DNA of 64,000 nucleotides, taken from contig OZ365114.1 of assembly GCA_977030845.1 (NCBI GenBank), positions 14,818,001-14,882,000 of the forward strand. The letters are read 5' to 3'. This DNA is from Fimbriosthenelais zetlandica. Its lineage: Eukaryota. Numbering within the stretch: the stretch's first letter is position 1; every line of letters starts with the position of its first letter. Shown here piece after piece: positions 63,001 through 64,000 of this stretch. The translations under genes were made by a program, and so were the position numbers. The notes beneath the pieces were generated by a model, which was given only the letters and a program-made list of their open reading frames with translations, was not told the origin of the DNA and made no database searches.

Positions 63001-63039
63001 GCGCTGAAGGTTTCTACGGCAATGGAACAATCTGCGAGG
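11278..63039 (+). CDS. ASTN: Astrotactin-like two-TM membrane protein, 10 exons in window, 3'-incomplete: join(11278..11309,12369..12528,47326..47454,53356..53515,56720..56778,57210..58315,59281..59529,61848..62056,62405..62542,62917..63039)
   Basis: All introns are GT-AG and the phases chain 2,0,0,1,0,2,2,1,1 into a stop-free frame of ~788 aa. Architecture is SP, small ectodomain, TM1, long S/P/G-rich loop, TM2, EGF. Segments resemble vertebrate ASTN1 as recalled: HFIIRSTFKGSVEFIE vs LFSVRNDFPGEMVVVD; LHMTMLTVLGIISLMTGVYG..EVHLKIYAP vs TLTLISITSCVIGLVC..VVKITLHVP; CAQGCDPNTGTCICHRGY vs CEHQCDPETGECLCYEGY. The family assignment is inference, since the MACPF domain is not in the window. Confidence 0.8.
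12180..12290 (+). repeat. Degenerate short tandem repeat (CATGGATGTGTATTG-like) in intron 1
   Basis: Several TGGATGTGTATTG or TACACATGGATG copies. Confidence 0.65.
12369..12528 (+). CDS. ASTN-like exon 2: signal peptide MFRQIVRFALVGMLAVVGCHA plus start of ectodomain
   Basis: Acceptor TTTCTCATTGCAG| and donor AAG|GTAAGT. Classic n/h/c signal peptide with C-H-A at the predicted cleavage site. Confidence 0.88.
21668..22255 (+). repeat. 41/42-bp direct repeat pair (21668..21709 and 22215..22255) flanking ~505 bp
   Basis: GAAATCATAGTTCAAAAAGATGTTTT(T)CATCATTTTGATGTT occurs twice, differing by one T. Confidence 0.9.
27571..27840 (+). repeat. Degenerate 18-bp tandem array, ~15 copies, consensus AGGGTTAAATTGGAAATG / AGGGTTACTTTGGGAGTT, telomere-repeat-like
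   Basis: Units counted directly. Most unit junctions form TTAGGG, TGAGGG or TCAGGG. Confidence 0.92.
27840..28491 (+). repeat. 61-bp minisatellite, 10 full copies plus one diverged partial copy
   Basis: Unit AGAGCGTTCTGCCACTTGCCAGGCCGTTCCCTGACTTGAAAGTCTCATATAGAGTGTACAC starts at 27840, 27901, 27962 ... 28450. Full copies differ by 0-2 substitutions from the consensus. Confidence 0.97.
29719..29858. promoter_or_regulatory. Intronic promoter-like island with opposed YY1-type and ETS-type motifs
   Basis: CGGCCATTTT (29719..29728), ACTTCCGGT (29792..29800), CAAAATGGCGGC (29825..29836), ACCGGAAG (29851..29858). Confidence 0.4.
34579..34820 (+). repeat. Degenerate local triplication (GCTGGAAAGCAATGTTACCCTCGTGCAACT-like unit)
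   Basis: Related copies near 34579, 34640 and 34728, with two related TAGTGTG..CACG..CAGCTTG segments. Confidence 0.6.
44967..45039 (+). repeat. (CT)n microsatellite
   Basis: About 70 nt of CT repeat, with a pure run of more than 20 units. Confidence 0.97.
47326..47454 (+). CDS. ASTN-like exon 3 (GSVEFIESE...SVLLQM), N-terminal ectodomain
   Basis: Long polypyrimidine acceptor TTTTGCAG|, donor ATG|GTATGT, 129 nt, phase 0-0. Confidence 0.85.
53356..53515 (+). CDS. ASTN-like exon 4 with TM1 (FILLAVGGGTVLIFLLTLVIVSWW)
   Basis: Acceptor CTCTTGCCAG| and donor CTG|GTAAGA. A 24-aa hydrophobic helix is followed by basic residues (YKRPLLK). Confidence 0.9.
56720..56778 (+). CDS. ASTN-like exon 5 (DSSQAPLLDEKIGEGDKGQN)
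   Basis: Acceptor TTTCTTCAG| and donor AAT|GTAGGC. Phase 1->0 exactly bridges exons 4 and 6. Confidence 0.82.
57210..58315 (+). CDS. ASTN-like exon 6: large Ser/Pro/Asp-rich cytosolic loop
   Basis: 1106-nt GC-rich open frame (extends the 57276..58319 ORF upstream), acceptor TTTTTCAAG|, donor AAG|GTAGGT. Confidence 0.93.
59281..59529 (+). CDS. ASTN-like exon 7: Ser/Gly-rich end of cytosolic loop
   Basis: Acceptor CTTTCCATAG| and donor TA|GTGAGT. Phase 2-2 fits both neighbours (AG+T = Ser; TA+C = Tyr). Confidence 0.88.
60264..60275 (+). promoter_or_regulatory. CTCF core motif CCACCAGGGGGC
   Basis: Exact match to the CTCF core consensus. Binding not demonstrated. Confidence 0.4.
61848..62056 (+). 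CDS. ASTN-like exon 8: second hydrophobic segment (TM2/internal signal) plus start of C-terminal ectodomain
   Basis: Acceptor CTCTCTCCAG| and donor TTG|GTGAGT. Encodes LHMTMLTVLGIISLMTGVYGA followed by a beta-rich segment with NGS and NAS sequons. Confidence 0.88.
62405..62542 (+). CDS. ASTN-like exon 9: EGF-like module (CTMTSCAQGCDPNTGTCICHRGYRVSDGFHCE)
   Basis: Acceptor CTATTTTAG|, donor AAG|GTGAGA, phase 1-1, six Cys. Confidence 0.92.
62917..63039 (+). CDS. ASTN-like exon 10: calcium-binding EGF domain
   Basis: DVDEC...C..[27 protein letters not shown] matches the cbEGF consensus. Acceptor AAACAG|, donor AGG|GTAAGT, phase 1-1. Confidence 0.93.
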
Positions 63040-63534
63040 GTAAGTACACTCACATCTATTGCTTAAACTAAGTAATTTCATAATGCCTTCTATAAGGCAC
63101 AAATAAATTGTGTTAGCTTATTTATCAATACCATATAATATTAACACTATAAAACTCAGATCAAATGGAACAAAACTTGCTTGTTGTCATTTTCCATGTC
63201 CATTTGTTTCTACTTCATAGGTGAAAGTGTCACTTTCAAAATATATATGGTATCTCTGCCGGTCGTAAGTCTCTGAAATGTTGAAAAATGTTCATTTTTC
63301 CAGGTTGACGTTTTGATGTTATATTTCATTTTTCAGCAGCTTTTACTTTTGATTAACTAAGCCTTGTTTCTTTCAGCAATTCACTAACAGCGATTTTTTT
63401 TAATGAAACTAATGGATTCATCTTTTCCAGTGTTCCCCAAATTATCTCGTTGTACTGTTTATATTCTTACTAATTATGCTTAATGATACCATATCTGATT
63501 TTACATTGTACTGGTTATTGCATTGTAACCTACT

Positions 63535-63738
63535 AATGGATGGTCGTTGGTTCGAACCGCCAGGTCGAGCCAAAGACTAGGACTGATCCGCCTAGTGTCA
63601 GGATAATATGACTGGGTGAGGTATCATGTCATGTGCCTACGACGTGATACCTCTGCGAGGCAGTGCTCACTGTCTGAAGTAGGCACCGTCAGCATTATAA
63701 CTGACAAATTGTTGAAAGTGACGTTAAACAACCATACA
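63535..63738 (+). mobile_element. tRNA-related SINE remnant
   Basis: Pol III B-box GGTTCGAACC (63549..63558), central GTGTCAGGATAATATGACTGGGTG, and tail AAATTGTTGAAAGTGACGTTAAAC. These resemble SINEs widespread in marine invertebrates, recalled from memory. No A-box or TSD resolved. Confidence 0.7.
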
Positions 63739-64000
63739 TTGTATATCATAGCAAGTATGAAGCCTGATCGAAGCCAGGCAATCATAACGTACCCACTTAA
63801 AGCTGGGTACTGAGACGCCCTCTGGTATGAATACATGTCATTAGATACGTGAGCATAGTTGGTGGAAATTCCTCCAGGTGGCAGGGCAGTACCTTGCACA
63901 TTAGAATGGTACTCCAAACTCTGCCCCAATTATGCAGAAGACAGTGGCATATAGGCAAAAAAATGGGTTCATGGTGGAATTGGATTCAGCAATATCTCCA

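Noticed and set aside
63535-63600. tRNA gene
   Set aside because: Only a B-box is present, with no cloverleaf, and the downstream sequence is a SINE body.

Overview
Eukaryotic (metazoan) genomic DNA, AT-rich, with GT-AG introns. The host is probably a marine invertebrate, possibly an echinoderm; this is inference only, from a strong excess of TAGGCCTA. No prokaryotic features, rRNA, tRNA or CRISPR arrays were seen. The dominant feature is one + strand gene with 10 coding exons (11278..63039, continuing past the window end) whose splice phases all chain into one open frame of about 788 aa. The order is: signal peptide, small Cys-free ectodomain, TM1, a ~490-aa low-complexity cytosolic loop, a second hydrophobic segment, a beta-rich segment, an EGF-like module and a calcium-binding EGF module. 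This topology, plus motif similarity recalled from vertebrate ASTN1/2, points to an astrotactin-like gene, a family usually described as vertebrate-specific. Intron 2 is 34.8 kb. It holds a telomere-like 18-bp array fused to a 61-bp tandem array, a promoter-like YY1/ETS island and other small repeats. A short divergent ORF with a hydrophobic N-terminus starts 663 bp upstream on the - strand. Three phase-compatible exons of an unidentified + strand gene lie at 322..2104, and a tRNA-type SINE remnant lies at about 63535..63738. All alignments were made by eye from memory; no searches were run.
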